This document shows, piece by piece, positions 8,254-17,991 of a stretch of 64,000 bases of DNA (within the stretch, counting starts at the first letter, position 1; the number at the start of each line of letters is the position of its first letter). The notes beneath the pieces are model-generated. The model searched no databases. It had not been told where the DNA came from and saw nothing but the letters and a program-made list of their open reading frames with translations. Source of the stretch: a virus (lineage: Duplodnaviria > Caudoviricetes); IMG/VR virus record IMGVR_UViG_3300042507_004106. One strand, 5' to 3'. A program made the position numbers and the translations under genes.

Positions 8254-9248
8254 ATCACTTCCATTCCCAGTCCTGCACGGTTAAGTACATCAGCCCAAGT
8301 GTTGATTACCTTGCCCTGACTATCAACGATACTTTGATTAAAGTTGAAGCCATTCAAATTGAAGGCCATCGTGGAAACACCAAGAGCGGTGAACCAAATA
8401 CCCACGACGGGCCAGGCTGCTAAGAAGAAGTGAAGTGAACGGGAGTTATTGAATGAAGCGTATTGGAAGATTAGACGACCAAAGTAACCGTGAGCAGCAA
8501 TTATATTGTATGTTTCCTCCTCCTGACCGAACTTGTAACCATAGTTCTGTGACTCATTCTCAGTGGTTTCACGAACCAGCGAGGAAGTAACCAGAGAACC
8601 GTGCATAGCACTGAACAGAGAACCACCGAAGACACCAGCAACTCCAAGCATGTGGAAGGGGTGCATCAGGATGTTGTGCTCTGCCTGGAACACAAGCATG
8701 TAGTTAAAAGTACCAGAGATACCCAGAGGCATTGCATCAGAGAAAGAACCTTGACCGAAAGGATAGACCAGGAACACTGCAGAAGCAGCAGCAACAGGTG
8801 CAGAGTATGCAACACAGATCCAAGGACGCATACCCAGGCGGTAGGAAAGTTCCCACTCACGACCCATGTAGGCGTAGATACCAATCAGGAAGTGGAACAC
8901 AACCAGTTGGAAAGGACCACCGTTGTAAAGCCACTCATCTAGGGAAGCAGCTTCCCAGATAGGATAGAAGTGAAGACCAATGGCGTTGCTTGAAGGAATC
9001 ACAGCACCAGAGATGATGTTGTTTCCGTACATGAGTGAACCAGCAACGGGTTCACGGATACCATCAATGTCCACAGGAGGTGCGGCAATGAAGGCAACGA
9101 TGAAACAAATGGTAGCAGCAAGCAGGCAGGGGATCATCAGAACGCCAAACCAACCCACATAGAGGCGATTGTCAGTCGAAGTAACCCAGTTGCAGAACTG
9201 TTCCCAAGTATTTGATTGTGATTTTTGACGTGAAATTGTAGCAGTCAT
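8254..9248 (-). CDS. psbA: psbA exon 1 (photosystem II D1); spliced CDS 995+16+72=1083 nt, 360 aa
   Basis: D1 sequence up to ...RAGLGMEV plus AT; the ORF track's 'IS*' is read-through into intron 1. Confidence 0.97.
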
Positions 9249-9257
9249 TTTTTCGTA

Positions 9258-9368
9258 AAAGGGTAAGTAAAAGTCCAGGGGGAACTGGATAATACGTTAT
9301 TCCCACAGCACCCTCCACTGTGGGTATGAGAGACGTAATTTATACTCCCCATAGGTCTCGGTTAGTGA
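9258..9368 (-). ncRNA. structured psbA 5' leader, PhotoRC-II-like
   Basis: GAGAC/GUCUC stem, CCCACAG/CUGUGGG hairpin, UCCAG/CUGGA hairpin upstream of psbA; family name is from recall, not a covariance-model hit. Confidence 0.6.
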
Positions 9369-9421
9369 GAGTTTACAATGTTACGAATTATTAGGAATCC
9401 GTAACATTTGTTTACCTATTT

Positions 9422-9450
9422 AGTATAGCACCGACCTTCTGACCCGTCAA
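9422..9450 (-). promoter_or_regulatory. sigma70-type promoter of psbA
   Basis: TTGACG-N17-TATACT. Confidence 0.75.
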
Positions 9451-9611
9451 GCCCTGTATTCTTCGATTTTGTCCAGGACTTTGTTCAGGTACTGATGCGC
9501 TAACCATTTTGGGTCAGTATCGTATCGATTCATCCACTCGTTATCCAATTCATTTTTTATCTTAAGGACTTCACATTTTATGATATCCTTCGTCAAGTGT
9601 CCCCTGGGCAT
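9447..9611 (-). CDS. small hypothetical protein, 54 aa (MPRGHLTKDIIKCEVLK...)
   Basis: Manual translation. Confidence 0.6.
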   Translation of the reverse strand: MPRGHLTKDIIKCEVLKIKNELDNEWMNRYDTDPKWLAHQYLNKVLDKIEEYRA

Positions 9612-9659
9612 AATACTAAAAAACTCTGCCCAGTATTTAGGGCAGAGTTTGATATTATT

Positions 9660-10229
9660 TCAGACCTGTGCGGTTTCCCTCACAGTTGTCTTCACATACT
9701 CAAAAACCACTTCTGGAGTAGTCGCTGCGTAAGGGTCGGTGTCTGCATTGTCCCGTTGCCCCACTTCAACGAATAGTTTTTCGACGATTCCGTTATCCAC
9801 GACTGCAGCATAACGCCAAGAGCGAAGACCGAAACCAAGGTTAGACTTATTGACGAGCATACCCATAGAACGTGTGAAATATGCATTTCCGTCAGGGATA
9901 AGAGTGACCTTTTCGATATTCTGGTCTTGTGCCCAGGCGTTCATCACAAACCCATCATTAACAGAGATGCAGTAAATATTATCGATGCCGAGACCCAAAA
10001 AGTCGTCATATTTCTCTTCGAATCCAGGTAACTGATAGGCACTGCAAGTAGGAGTGAAAGCACCAGGCAGACTAAAAATGACCACACGCTTTCCATTGAA
10101 GAGTTCTGAAGTTGTACGAGTTACAAACTCACCATTCTCACGAAACTGAAATTGAACTTCAGGAACTTGATATTGTTCTTTACGCATAGTAACCTCCACA
10201 GTCTTTTTCTTCTTAAAAATATTGAACAT
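9660..10229 (-). CDS. peroxiredoxin, Prx5/type II-like
   Basis: PGAFTPTCS, CISVNDGFVMNAW, RSWRYA; start moved to 10229 (TGATG coupling to hli). Confidence 0.9.
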   Translation of the reverse strand: MFNIFKKKKTVEVTMRKEQYQVPEVQFQFRENGEFVTRTTSELFNGKRVVIFSLPGAFTPTCSAYQLPGFEEKYDDFLGLGIDNIYCISVNDGFVMNAWAQDQNIEKVTLIPDGNAYFTRSMGMLVNKSNLGFGLRSWRYAAVVDNGIVEKLFVEVGQRDNADTDPYAATTPEVVFEYVKTTVRETAQV

Positions 10230-10348
10230 CAGAATACACCAGGCACAATTTGCCCGGTAGCGAGATAAGATCCCATAGCGGCAACAATACCAATCATTGC
10301 AGCCCAACCATTAATACGCTCAGCGCGTTCAGTAAAAAGATTTTTCAT
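10229..10348 (-). CDS. hli: high-light inducible protein, 39 aa
   Basis: Not in track: [39 protein letters not shown]. Confidence 0.92.
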   Translation of the reverse strand: MKNLFTERAERINGWAAMIGIVAAMGSYLATGQIVPGVF

Positions 10349-10557
10349 TTGTTTTCTCCTTGATAAGAATGTTGTTGTTTAAGTTCTGGATTTGGATTAC
10401 AAACCAATTTTTCTTTGATAGGTTTAATCACAATAAACTTATCACTTTTGAGTGTGCCTGCGATCTTGACTTCTAGTTCTACATCTCTATCCCAAGCACC
10501 AGACTCTACAAGTTCTTGAACGGCAAGATTGAATTGCCCAAGCATTCCAGCACTCAC
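10345..10557 (-). CDS. hypothetical protein
   Basis: 70 aa, overlaps both neighbours by 4 nt. Confidence 0.6.
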   Translation of the reverse strand: MSAGMLGQFNLAVQELVESGAWDRDVELEVKIAGTLKSDKFIVIKPIKEKLVCNPNPELKQQHSYQGENK

Positions 10558-10841
10558 AGATTTTCTTCCTGTTCAGTAAGGATCACGCAATCAGACTTAG
10601 GATAAGCAACACAGAGAAGTGCAAATCCTTCTGCCATTTGATCATCATCAAGGAACGATTGTTCTTCATTATCAATCTCACCAGAGATTACCTTACCAGC
10701 ACAAGAAGAACAAGCACCTGCCTTACAAGAGAAGGGAAGGTCAACTCCTGCCTCTTCTGCTGCTTCAAGAATATATTGATCTTCGGCACACTGAATAGTG
10801 GTTTCGCCGTCAGGGGATTGAAGTGTAACGTTGAATGTCAT
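10554..10841 (-). CDS. petF: plant-type [2Fe-2S] ferredoxin
   Basis: [13 protein letters not shown]...ALLCVAYP. Confidence 0.95.
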   Translation of the reverse strand: MTFNVTLQSPDGETTIQCAEDQYILEAAEEAGVDLPFSCKAGACSSCAGKVISGEIDNEEQSFLDDDQMAEGFALLCVAYPKSDCVILTEQEENL

Positions 10842-10842
10842 T

Positions 10843-10929
10843 TCAATAAGTTTCTGAAAGTTGATCTACAGCATAACCCAAAATCACGAAAAAAGCAATA
10901 GTCGTGATTGTCCAGAATGCTTCAGTCAT
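10843..10929 (-). CDS. 28-aa single-TM protein
   Basis: [28 protein letters not shown]; start overlaps the hli stop. Confidence 0.55.
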   Translation of the reverse strand: MTEAFWTITTIAFFVILGYAVDQLSETY

Positions 10930-11138
10930 CAGAAGATGCCGAAGAAGAGTTTACCAGTGCTAGCATAAGAAACGATAGCAGCAATAAAACCGAGCATTGC
11001 CCAGCGTCCATTCATTTTCTCCGCTTTCTCAGCATAGGGTTCAATACCATAACGCTCAAGATCCTCTTTGGTCATATACATTGAGGGTTCTTTAGCAAAC
11101 ATATTCATTTGCCCGAACTCATTTTTTGTAACCGTCAT
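10929..11138 (-). CDS. hli: high-light inducible protein
   Basis: AEKMNGRWAMLGF; probable start MTVTK at 11138, downstream of a promoter. Confidence 0.9.
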   Translation of the reverse strand: MTVTKNEFGQMNMFAKEPSMYMTKEDLERYGIEPYAEKAEKMNGRWAMLGFIAAIVSYASTGKLFFGIF

Positions 11139-11164
11139 TATCTTTTGTAAAGATTTACAACACA

Positions 11165-11198
11165 ATTATATAGCAAAAATAAAGGGGCGTCAAGCCCC
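11165..11198 (-). promoter_or_regulatory. terminator hairpin overlapping a sigma70 promoter
   Basis: GGGGC-TTGAC-GCCCC plus U tract; TTGACG-N17-TATAAT. Confidence 0.75.
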
Positions 11199-11230
11199 CT
11201 AGTGAGTATTTGTGCTTATTTTGTTAAGAT

Positions 11231-12025
11231 TCACTGACTTTGATTAACCGATGATTCGGTTATCCTCCCAAGATAAGGATCATAATTCATCAAATCGTCA
11301 ATGCCCATATCATGACCCTGCTTCTCCCAGAACTGAAGCAATCCATCATGACTGCTACGATGAAAGATATCAATATGCTCTGGGTGAATAGAAGATCCCA
11401 GTTCAATTCGATAGAGAAATAATGGAATAGAAAAAGTGTTACCTGAGTTATAAATTAAATCATCAGCAACAGCTCTTGGTCTTACTCCCTGATCCAGTTT
11501 ATATTTTCCATCACGAACATGGAATTTTAAAAGTTTTTCAGCATGATGACGAGTTATTATATAAGCAGCGGTAGAAAAATCATTTACAAATCTCTTATGG
11601 AGTTTTACATGTAAGTTACCAGTGCAAATAATCGCAAGTTGAACTACATCCCAATCATAAGGAATTTTAGAAACAAAATCTGCCCATGTAAAATTCCAAA
11701 ACCTTGCAATCTGTAGATCTACATCATCTTCCATAATAATTGCATATGGAGAATCAGATGTATCGTACCAATGCTTAATTGCTTTTAAGTGAGAGGTAGT
11801 ACAACCTATCTCACCAGAAGTCATGTTTTCTGGATAACGACCCTTAATAATATCGCTAAGATCATCAGTTCTACCATCAAACGCGGATATCCTTTCGTAA
11901 TTCTCAATCTCCCAATATTTAAATTGAGATTCCATATATTCTTTTCTTTCCGGTTGTCCATCTAGATTAAGATAATAAATTGGACCAATATTTTTAAGTT
12001 TGTAAGCAGATTTGTTTTTATCCAT
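11231..12025 (-). CDS. glycosyltransferase family 25-like
   Basis: YYLNLD..ERK, RISAFDG, GEIGCTTSH, IMEDD. Confidence 0.85.
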   Translation of the reverse strand: MDKNKSAYKLKNIGPIYYLNLDGQPERKEYMESQFKYWEIENYERISAFDGRTDDLSDIIKGRYPENMTSGEIGCTTSHLKAIKHWYDTSDSPYAIIMEDDVDLQIARFWNFTWADFVSKIPYDWDVVQLAIICTGNLHVKLHKRFVNDFSTAAYIITRHHAEKLLKFHVRDGKYKLDQGVRPRAVADDLIYNSGNTFSIPLFLYRIELGSSIHPEHIDIFHRSSHDGLLQFWEKQGHDMGIDDLMNYDPYLGRITESSVNQSQ

Positions 12026-12033
12026 TTTTCAAT

Positions 12034-12873
12034 TCAAATATTACTATTATAACATGAGTATTTTTTTAGATATTTCTGATTACTATAATAATTCTTAAGT
12101 TTTCTTTTATCCAATTTTTCAAGATAACTCCAAAGTTCAAAATTCTTTTGTAAATATGGATTATTAAAACTTGAGTTATGTCCTCTAGAATGTTCTAAAT
12201 GATAAACATAATCACATATTCTACCAACTTTATATCCTAGTTTATTAAACCTAAAAAATCTTTCCTTATCTTCTGGAGACCAAGATATAAAATTTTCATT
12301 TTCCATTCCACCATCAATATAAACCTGTCTATTGAAAAACTGAACGTGACCATATTGTGCGTCATATTCTTTGGAATTATTTTCCAAAAAAGCGAAGTCA
12401 AAATCGTTAACTAAAAAGTTTGTAACAATCTCATCATCTGCAAATACTTGTTTTTGATAATTTCCAAACCCGTAAGGATATACCAAATCATATTTTTGAT
12501 TTAGTATCATTTCACAAGATTTCTGATAAGTCTCAGGTTTAAGTAAAACATCACAATCATAATTAACTACAATTTCAGTAGTTGATTTACAAATCATTTC
12601 ATTTAATATTCTCATCCTATAAAAAATAGGATCTTCAGACTGTTCAAATAAGTATGTTAAATTTTTTACATCTTCACCTAAAAACTCTTCAATTTGAGGC
12701 AGAGCATACTTTTCAAATAATTTTTCAGAATCTACTTCTTTAATAAGAACACTCGTATCAAATGTTTTCAATAAAAAGCATACAACAGTAATTATATTTC
12801 TTATCCTATCATCAGAATCAAGTCTGATAGGAATCATAAATGTAGAATTAGATAAATTAATTTTTGAATTCAT
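12034..12873 (-). CDS. GT-A glycosyltransferase (GT2/GT7 C-terminal-like)
   Basis: IPIR, NYDCDV, GGMENENFISWSPED, YHLEH. Confidence 0.75.
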   Translation of the reverse strand: MNSKINLSNSTFMIPIRLDSDDRIRNIITVVCFLLKTFDTSVLIKEVDSEKLFEKYALPQIEEFLGEDVKNLTYLFEQSEDPIFYRMRILNEMICKSTTEIVVNYDCDVLLKPETYQKSCEMILNQKYDLVYPYGFGNYQKQVFADDEIVTNFLVNDFDFAFLENNSKEYDAQYGHVQFFNRQVYIDGGMENENFISWSPEDKERFFRFNKLGYKVGRICDYVYHLEHSRGHNSSFNNPYLQKNFELWSYLEKLDKRKLKNYYSNQKYLKKYSCYNSNI

Positions 12874-13652
12874 ATTTTAGTCCATCCATTGAGATATAAA
12901 TCATCTGTTTGATTTTTTGATGTGTTTCCATCAGTACCAAACCATTGTAATGGGGCGATCACTTTCTGCGATTTGGCCAACCAAGCGCCCCACCAACTAA
13001 AAGAACTATTAGCAATAATATGATACTTACACATTGACATCAAACACAAATCAACGTAAGTATTATATGATTCGGAAACTAAAAATCTATCTGATGAAAA
13101 TATCTTCTGAGATTTGCACCAATCCACGTCGTCAGAAAAAATCATTACTGGTATCTGATCATTGAAGTGCTTAAGAGCTCGTTCATAATATTCTAGACTA
13201 CATGGCGGATGATTTATAGAATTAGACACATAATCAGTTCTCCTTACATGAAGTGAAATAATTTCATCAAAATCAAAATTTTTAGAACATGGTTCTAAGA
13301 TATACTCTTTAAATGTAAAGTCTTTTCTAATTTGATCTTCTATATGCTTAAAGTATTTTTCAGATTGAAAATATCCATGAATACTTACATTATCTGGGCA
13401 GTTTAGTACATAGTTTTCATCATAATGAAATTGTTTTTCTTCATAAAATTTGTTTGGCGAGTATCCAATATGCTGCAAACCAGATAGTTCAAATACATCA
13501 AATAATTTATTGTCTTTCCATTTATCCCCATAGTTAGTTTGAGGAATACAGAACTCATAATTTTTAAATGCAGCAATGCCTCTTAGTGCCGCATATTGAA
13601 ACATTTGGTTGGCAAGTCTACCATATTGCCCAAGATAATTAAATCCGATCAT
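12870..13652 (-). CDS. alpha-1,2-fucosyltransferase family (GT11)
   Basis: GRLANQMFQYA, GYFQSEKYF, HVRRTDY, FSDD, IIANSSFSWWGAWL. Confidence 0.92.
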   Translation of the reverse strand: MIGFNYLGQYGRLANQMFQYAALRGIAAFKNYEFCIPQTNYGDKWKDNKLFDVFELSGLQHIGYSPNKFYEEKQFHYDENYVLNCPDNVSIHGYFQSEKYFKHIEDQIRKDFTFKEYILEPCSKNFDFDEIISLHVRRTDYVSNSINHPPCSLEYYERALKHFNDQIPVMIFSDDVDWCKSQKIFSSDRFLVSESYNTYVDLCLMSMCKYHIIANSSFSWWGAWLAKSQKVIAPLQWFGTDGNTSKNQTDDLYLNGWTKI

Positions 13653-13657
13653 TATTA

Positions 13658-15394
13658 TTACGAAATAAGAATTTGTCTTTTATCAGATGGTGAGTGAATC
13701 ATTTTAGCAGAAAAATTAAACTCATCATCAGAGTAATCTCCAGGTTTTGCGAATGCAGAATTTAAAATATGAAACTTATCATAGTTTTCAATTCTATATC
13801 TATTTAAATGACTTTCATCATGAGCTGCTGCCATAACATTATTCTGCAAGTCTTTTTTAATTCTAGAATCTAATTCATCAATCAAAGAAAAAATTTCAGG
13901 AATTTTACCTCCCCAAATACAACCCTGAAGATAAACATCATCTATTTCTTCATCAGGATTCACGCAAGATAATGATTTTGAATTTCTTTCAAAAGGAAGA
14001 TATCCATTAAATCCTCTCCAATTAGAACTATATGTTGGATGTTGGACACCAAAGAATGGTTTATCATTATTAAAGAAGTCTTGATATGATATAACTTCCG
14101 AACAACAATACATATCAGCATCAAAGTAAATGTACCAATCATATTCTTGAAGTTGAGATTGAATTTTTTTAATTTCACCAAATCTACGCAACCCACCAAC
14201 ACTATTATACATTAGGTTATACCAATTATTGGAAGAATAATCAGATGTTTCTACTTCAAATTCCTCAATTGTTGGAATGATTTTTATATTATCTGGAATA
14301 TCATCACCGAGTTCCCCATCAGTAAAAACAAAAAAATCTTTTTCACATTCTGGAACAAAGTATTCCATTATTGTTTCATAATATTTTGGAAAAAATTTAA
14401 GATAACTTCCAGTTCCTATAAAGTTAATGGCAATTTTTTTCTTCGTATCATTGTGATTAGCAATTACTTTTTCTACCATTGGAATAAAATAAGTTGATAA
14501 AATGTACTCCCAAGAAAATTGTTTAGAATATTCTAAAATTTCTTGTCTATGTTTAACTGAATAATTTCTATTTTTATTAATTTGTTCTTCAATATATTTT
14601 ACATCATCAATCTTATCTTCAGGAATAACTGTAATAAATTCTTTGCTTTGATCTAAATTTGCGGTTGCATACTCACTTATAACTACACCCAAACCAGCAG
14701 CAAATGCCTCCATACAAACTAAAGGGTGCGCCTCTCCATCAGACAAAAGAATTAGATTCCCATATTGAGTAAGGTTTTTATGTAGTACTTCTTTACTCCA
14801 CTCACCAAGATAATTTTTAGATGTATCAAACCTAGAATCTGCAATATTACCAGCATACCATATTGTATCAATATCTTGAAATTTATATTGACGTTTGCGA
14901 TAATCTATTTTTGCCAGATAAATGCTACGATCAGGATACTCTGGATTTAAAGTAAATTCAAACGCATCTGTATTTACACCATTTGGAGTTACAAATAATC
15001 TATGACTCGGAATATCTGCTTTAGTTTTATAAACTTCTTTAATTGATTCGGATAAACAAAAAACATTGGGTTTAATATTTTCAAAGAGATTAAAGATATT
15101 AATATATCCACCCATCATTTCCGGTCTTTCTAGATAAGCAAAATGAGTAGTGCAAGCACAAGGATAATTAATGTATGGATATAGACCAACCCAATCATCA
15201 TAATTAATATGAACAAAATCGGGATTAAATCTATTGATTGTTTCTATAATTTTTATGGGATCATTAATATTGACGATTTGAATCTCATGACCCATTTTTT
15301 CTAAAAATATTTTATAGTCCCATATCAAACTTTCGACTGCACCCCATCCTACTGGAGGTATTTGAGTATTTGGTCCAATGATACTTATTTTCAT
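13658..15394 (-). CDS. fusion: GT4-like GT-B domain + GT6 (ABO-like) domain
   Basis: N: IPPVGWGAVE, PLVCMEA. C: FVFTD, YFDADM, GVQHP, FERN, GCIWGG, HDESHLNRY. Confidence 0.85.
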   Translation of the reverse strand: MKISIIGPNTQIPPVGWGAVESLIWDYKIFLEKMGHEIQIVNINDPIKIIETINRFNPDFVHINYDDWVGLYPYINYPCACTTHFAYLERPEMMGGYINIFNLFENIKPNVFCLSESIKEVYKTKADIPSHRLFVTPNGVNTDAFEFTLNPEYPDRSIYLAKIDYRKRQYKFQDIDTIWYAGNIADSRFDTSKNYLGEWSKEVLHKNLTQYGNLILLSDGEAHPLVCMEAFAAGLGVVISEYATANLDQSKEFITVIPEDKIDDVKYIEEQINKNRNYSVKHRQEILEYSKQFSWEYILSTYFIPMVEKVIANHNDTKKKIAINFIGTGSYLKFFPKYYETIMEYFVPECEKDFFVFTDGELGDDIPDNIKIIPTIEEFEVETSDYSSNNWYNLMYNSVGGLRRFGEIKKIQSQLQEYDWYIYFDADMYCCSEVISYQDFFNNDKPFFGVQHPTYSSNWRGFNGYLPFERNSKSLSCVNPDEEIDDVYLQGCIWGGKIPEIFSLIDELDSRIKKDLQNNVMAAAHDESHLNRYRIENYDKFHILNSAFAKPGDYSDDEFNFSAKMIHSPSDKRQILIS

Positions 15395-15395
15395 A

Positions 15396-16358
15396 TTAAC
15401 TTATTAATGATTGTAATTTTGAAATATATTCAATCTCAATAATTTTTTCTAAACTAAATTTTTCAATACCATACTTTCTAATTTGATCTCGGTGTTTTAC
15501 AGAATATTTTTTATTTCTTGATATTACTTCAATAATGTAATCAATATCTTCAATTTTATTTTCAGGAATTACATCAATAAATTCTTCAGACAAATCAAGT
15601 TCCAGAGAAACAGACTCCGAAACTACAACACCCAAACCACAAATCAATGCCTCTTTAACTACAAGAGGCGTTGTATTTTCTGTAGAACTCAATAAAATAA
15701 AGTTTGAATATTTTGTAATTTCTTGGTTAAGTTTTTCTCTATCATACTCTCCTTTATAATTTTTAAGATTTGTAAATCTCCCATTTTCTCTCCTACCAAC
15801 AAAATCAATATCTTCAATATTTTCAATTAGGTATTGGCGCTTACGATCACAAATTTGAGAAAAACATAAAGTCTTATTATAAACCGGTGTTTCTTCATAT
15901 GTATAAGATTCAACAGCAACACCAAGACGATTTAACCAACAATTAGATTCAACTGCACCATTCTCAACAAAAACATCAATATCATTTTGACTAGATGCAA
16001 AAATGTTAAACTCTTTATTTTTAGTATAAGATTCTACAATTGAATTATATCTATCATATTTCCACATAGACTGATTGCCAATATACGGGTAATGACTAGA
16101 TACGATTAATTTTCCATTATTTAATTCTAAAATTTGAGGAATAATATCATGAAAAACATCATAATGTAGATGAATAACATCAAACTTATCTTGTTTTAGT
16201 TCTTCAATAATTTGATTTCTATCTGGTGTATTAATAATTACACCAGTATGCCCAAGTTCTCCTAGTATATTTGCATAATCCCAGATTAACATTTCAACTG
16301 CACCCCATCCAACTGGAGGGATAGACATAATTCCAGGTCCAATAAAAGCGATGTTCAT
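15396..16358 (-). CDS. GT4-like glycosyltransferase, paralog of the preceding N-terminal domain
   Basis: IPPVGWGAVEMLIWDY, PLVVKEALICG. Confidence 0.75.
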   Translation of the reverse strand: MNIAFIGPGIMSIPPVGWGAVEMLIWDYANILGELGHTGVIINTPDRNQIIEELKQDKFDVIHLHYDVFHDIIPQILELNNGKLIVSSHYPYIGNQSMWKYDRYNSIVESYTKNKEFNIFASSQNDIDVFVENGAVESNCWLNRLGVAVESYTYEETPVYNKTLCFSQICDRKRQYLIENIEDIDFVGRRENGRFTNLKNYKGEYDREKLNQEITKYSNFILLSSTENTTPLVVKEALICGLGVVVSESVSLELDLSEEFIDVIPENKIEDIDYIIEVISRNKKYSVKHRDQIRKYGIEKFSLEKIIEIEYISKLQSLIS

Positions 16359-17251
16359 TTACAATTACCTATCCATTCTTCAACTTTAATTTTTGGTTCC
16401 CATCCAAAAGTGTTTTTAAGTTTTTGATTGTCTGCAAGAGTCACCCTTGATTCGCCAGGACGTTCTGGAAGGTGAACAGTATGATCAGAAATCATTGCAG
16501 CAATCTCATTAACTGAGTGATTTCTTCCAGTTCCAACATTAAAAACTTGACCAAAAACTTCTGGATTTGGATTTGAAATTGCTGCTAAAATATTTGCGTT
16601 AACCACGTCAGAAACGTGAGTAAAATCTCTGCGTTGATTACCATCCCCAACAATTGTGAGAGATTCCCCAGCATCCCTTTGACGCATAAAAATACCAATT
16701 ACAGGAGCATACTGCCCTTTAAGAGGTTGCCTTTCACCATAAACATTAAAATATCTAAAGCAAATTGTAGGGAGATTAAAAAGATCTGTATACATTTTAC
16801 ACAGTTTTTCACCATTCACTTTAGATACTGAATATGGGTTCAAACAATCATCTGGTTGTGTCTCAACGTTTGGATGCGAATTCAATCCATAAGCAGATGA
16901 TGTTGAAGAATACATTACACGCTTCACACCTGCCTCACGAGCACATTGAAGAACAGTCACAGTGCCTACTGAGTTAATACTAACTGCTTCTATAGGATTT
17001 TTAATTGCTGGTTGAATACGCGCTTCAGCAGCAAGATGAAACACATAATCTACACCATCATAAAGAGGGCGAGTATTTCCATAGTCACGAATATCATACT
17101 TATAGTTTTGCGCTTTATCATTCCAATAAAACTGATCGTGGACATCAGAAAATTCATTATCAATTACAACTACTTCGTGTCCCATTTCTAGAAGACGATC
17201 AACTAGGTTAGAACCAATAAATCCCGCACCGCCAGTAACTAATGATTTCAT
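16355..17251 (-). CDS. NAD-dependent sugar epimerase/dehydratase
   Basis: TGGAGFIG, YSVSK, RYFNVYG. Confidence 0.92.
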   Translation of the reverse strand: MKSLVTGGAGFIGSNLVDRLLEMGHEVVVIDNEFSDVHDQFYWNDKAQNYKYDIRDYGNTRPLYDGVDYVFHLAAEARIQPAIKNPIEAVSINSVGTVTVLQCAREAGVKRVMYSSTSSAYGLNSHPNVETQPDDCLNPYSVSKVNGEKLCKMYTDLFNLPTICFRYFNVYGERQPLKGQYAPVIGIFMRQRDAGESLTIVGDGNQRRDFTHVSDVVNANILAAISNPNPEVFGQVFNVGTGRNHSVNEIAAMISDHTVHLPERPGESRVTLADNQKLKNTFGWEPKIKVEEWIGNCK

Positions 17252-17259
17252 ATTAATTA

Positions 17260-17991
17260 TTACCCATTTGAATACATAAAAGACCTTTCATTTTTTGTAG
17301 ATACATAAGATTCGTCATTATCCCCCAAAGTTTTAGCAACTGGAATTTGATTATGGTAAACATGAAATCCCAGAAGAACCTCTGGGTTAAATTCTACACC
17401 CATCCCATAGTATTTGTCAAGATGGTGAATAACATCAGAATACATATTCATATTATCACTATTTGATAATGCAATATGATCGTTGATTGCATATTCCGTA
17501 TGCTTACAATCATTTTTTGTATTCAAATATTTTAAATTAAAATTTTTAACATCATATTTTTTATTAAAAATATAATCAAATCTACACTTCAAAACGGCAT
17601 CATATTTGAAGTTATTTTTTATTTCATATTCAACTTTTAAATTATTACATTGATTTAAAGAGTAAAACATTGATTGAATATTTTGAGATGGATTTCTATT
17701 AAATCTAGGATGATAGCAACCCCAATGAGCGGAATCTGGATATTGTTTTTCAAACTGTATTGGATTTTCAATTTTGTAGTGAACTGGATTTAGAGTAGTG
17801 ATGATATAGTCAAACAAATCATCAGTATAAACATCAGATGGTGCATCATCTCTAAATGGAACTCCTTCTACACCCCACCAACTATGAAAAAAGAAATCAA
17901 CATCCTGATCGTATGACCAGGATTCTTTAATATTCTTTAAACTATTTTTTACATCTCTTGGTTGACCAGACAAACAGATAGCTAATTTCAT
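17260..17991 (-). CDS. putative glycan-modifying protein, 'ALCLSGQPR' family copy 1
   Basis: Paralogous to 18950..19687 and 20605..21345. Confidence 0.6.
   Translation of the reverse strand: MKLAICLSGQPRDVKNSLKNIKESWSYDQDVDFFFHSWWGVEGVPFRDDAPSDVYTDDLFDYIITTLNPVHYKIENPIQFEKQYPDSAHWGCYHPRFNRNPSQNIQSMFYSLNQCNNLKVEYEIKNNFKYDAVLKCRFDYIFNKKYDVKNFNLKYLNTKNDCKHTEYAINDHIALSNSDNMNMYSDVIHHLDKYYGMGVEFNPEVLLGFHVYHNQIPVAKTLGDNDESYVSTKNERSFMYSNG

Noticed and set aside
8247-9248. psbA as a truncated 333-aa pseudogene
   Set aside because: The missing residues are present in frame in two downstream exons flanked by group I splice signals
9373-9415. HLR1/RpaB or NtcA sites upstream of psbA, psbD and hli
   Set aside because: TTAC/GTAA repeats are present but spacing does not match either consensus convincingly
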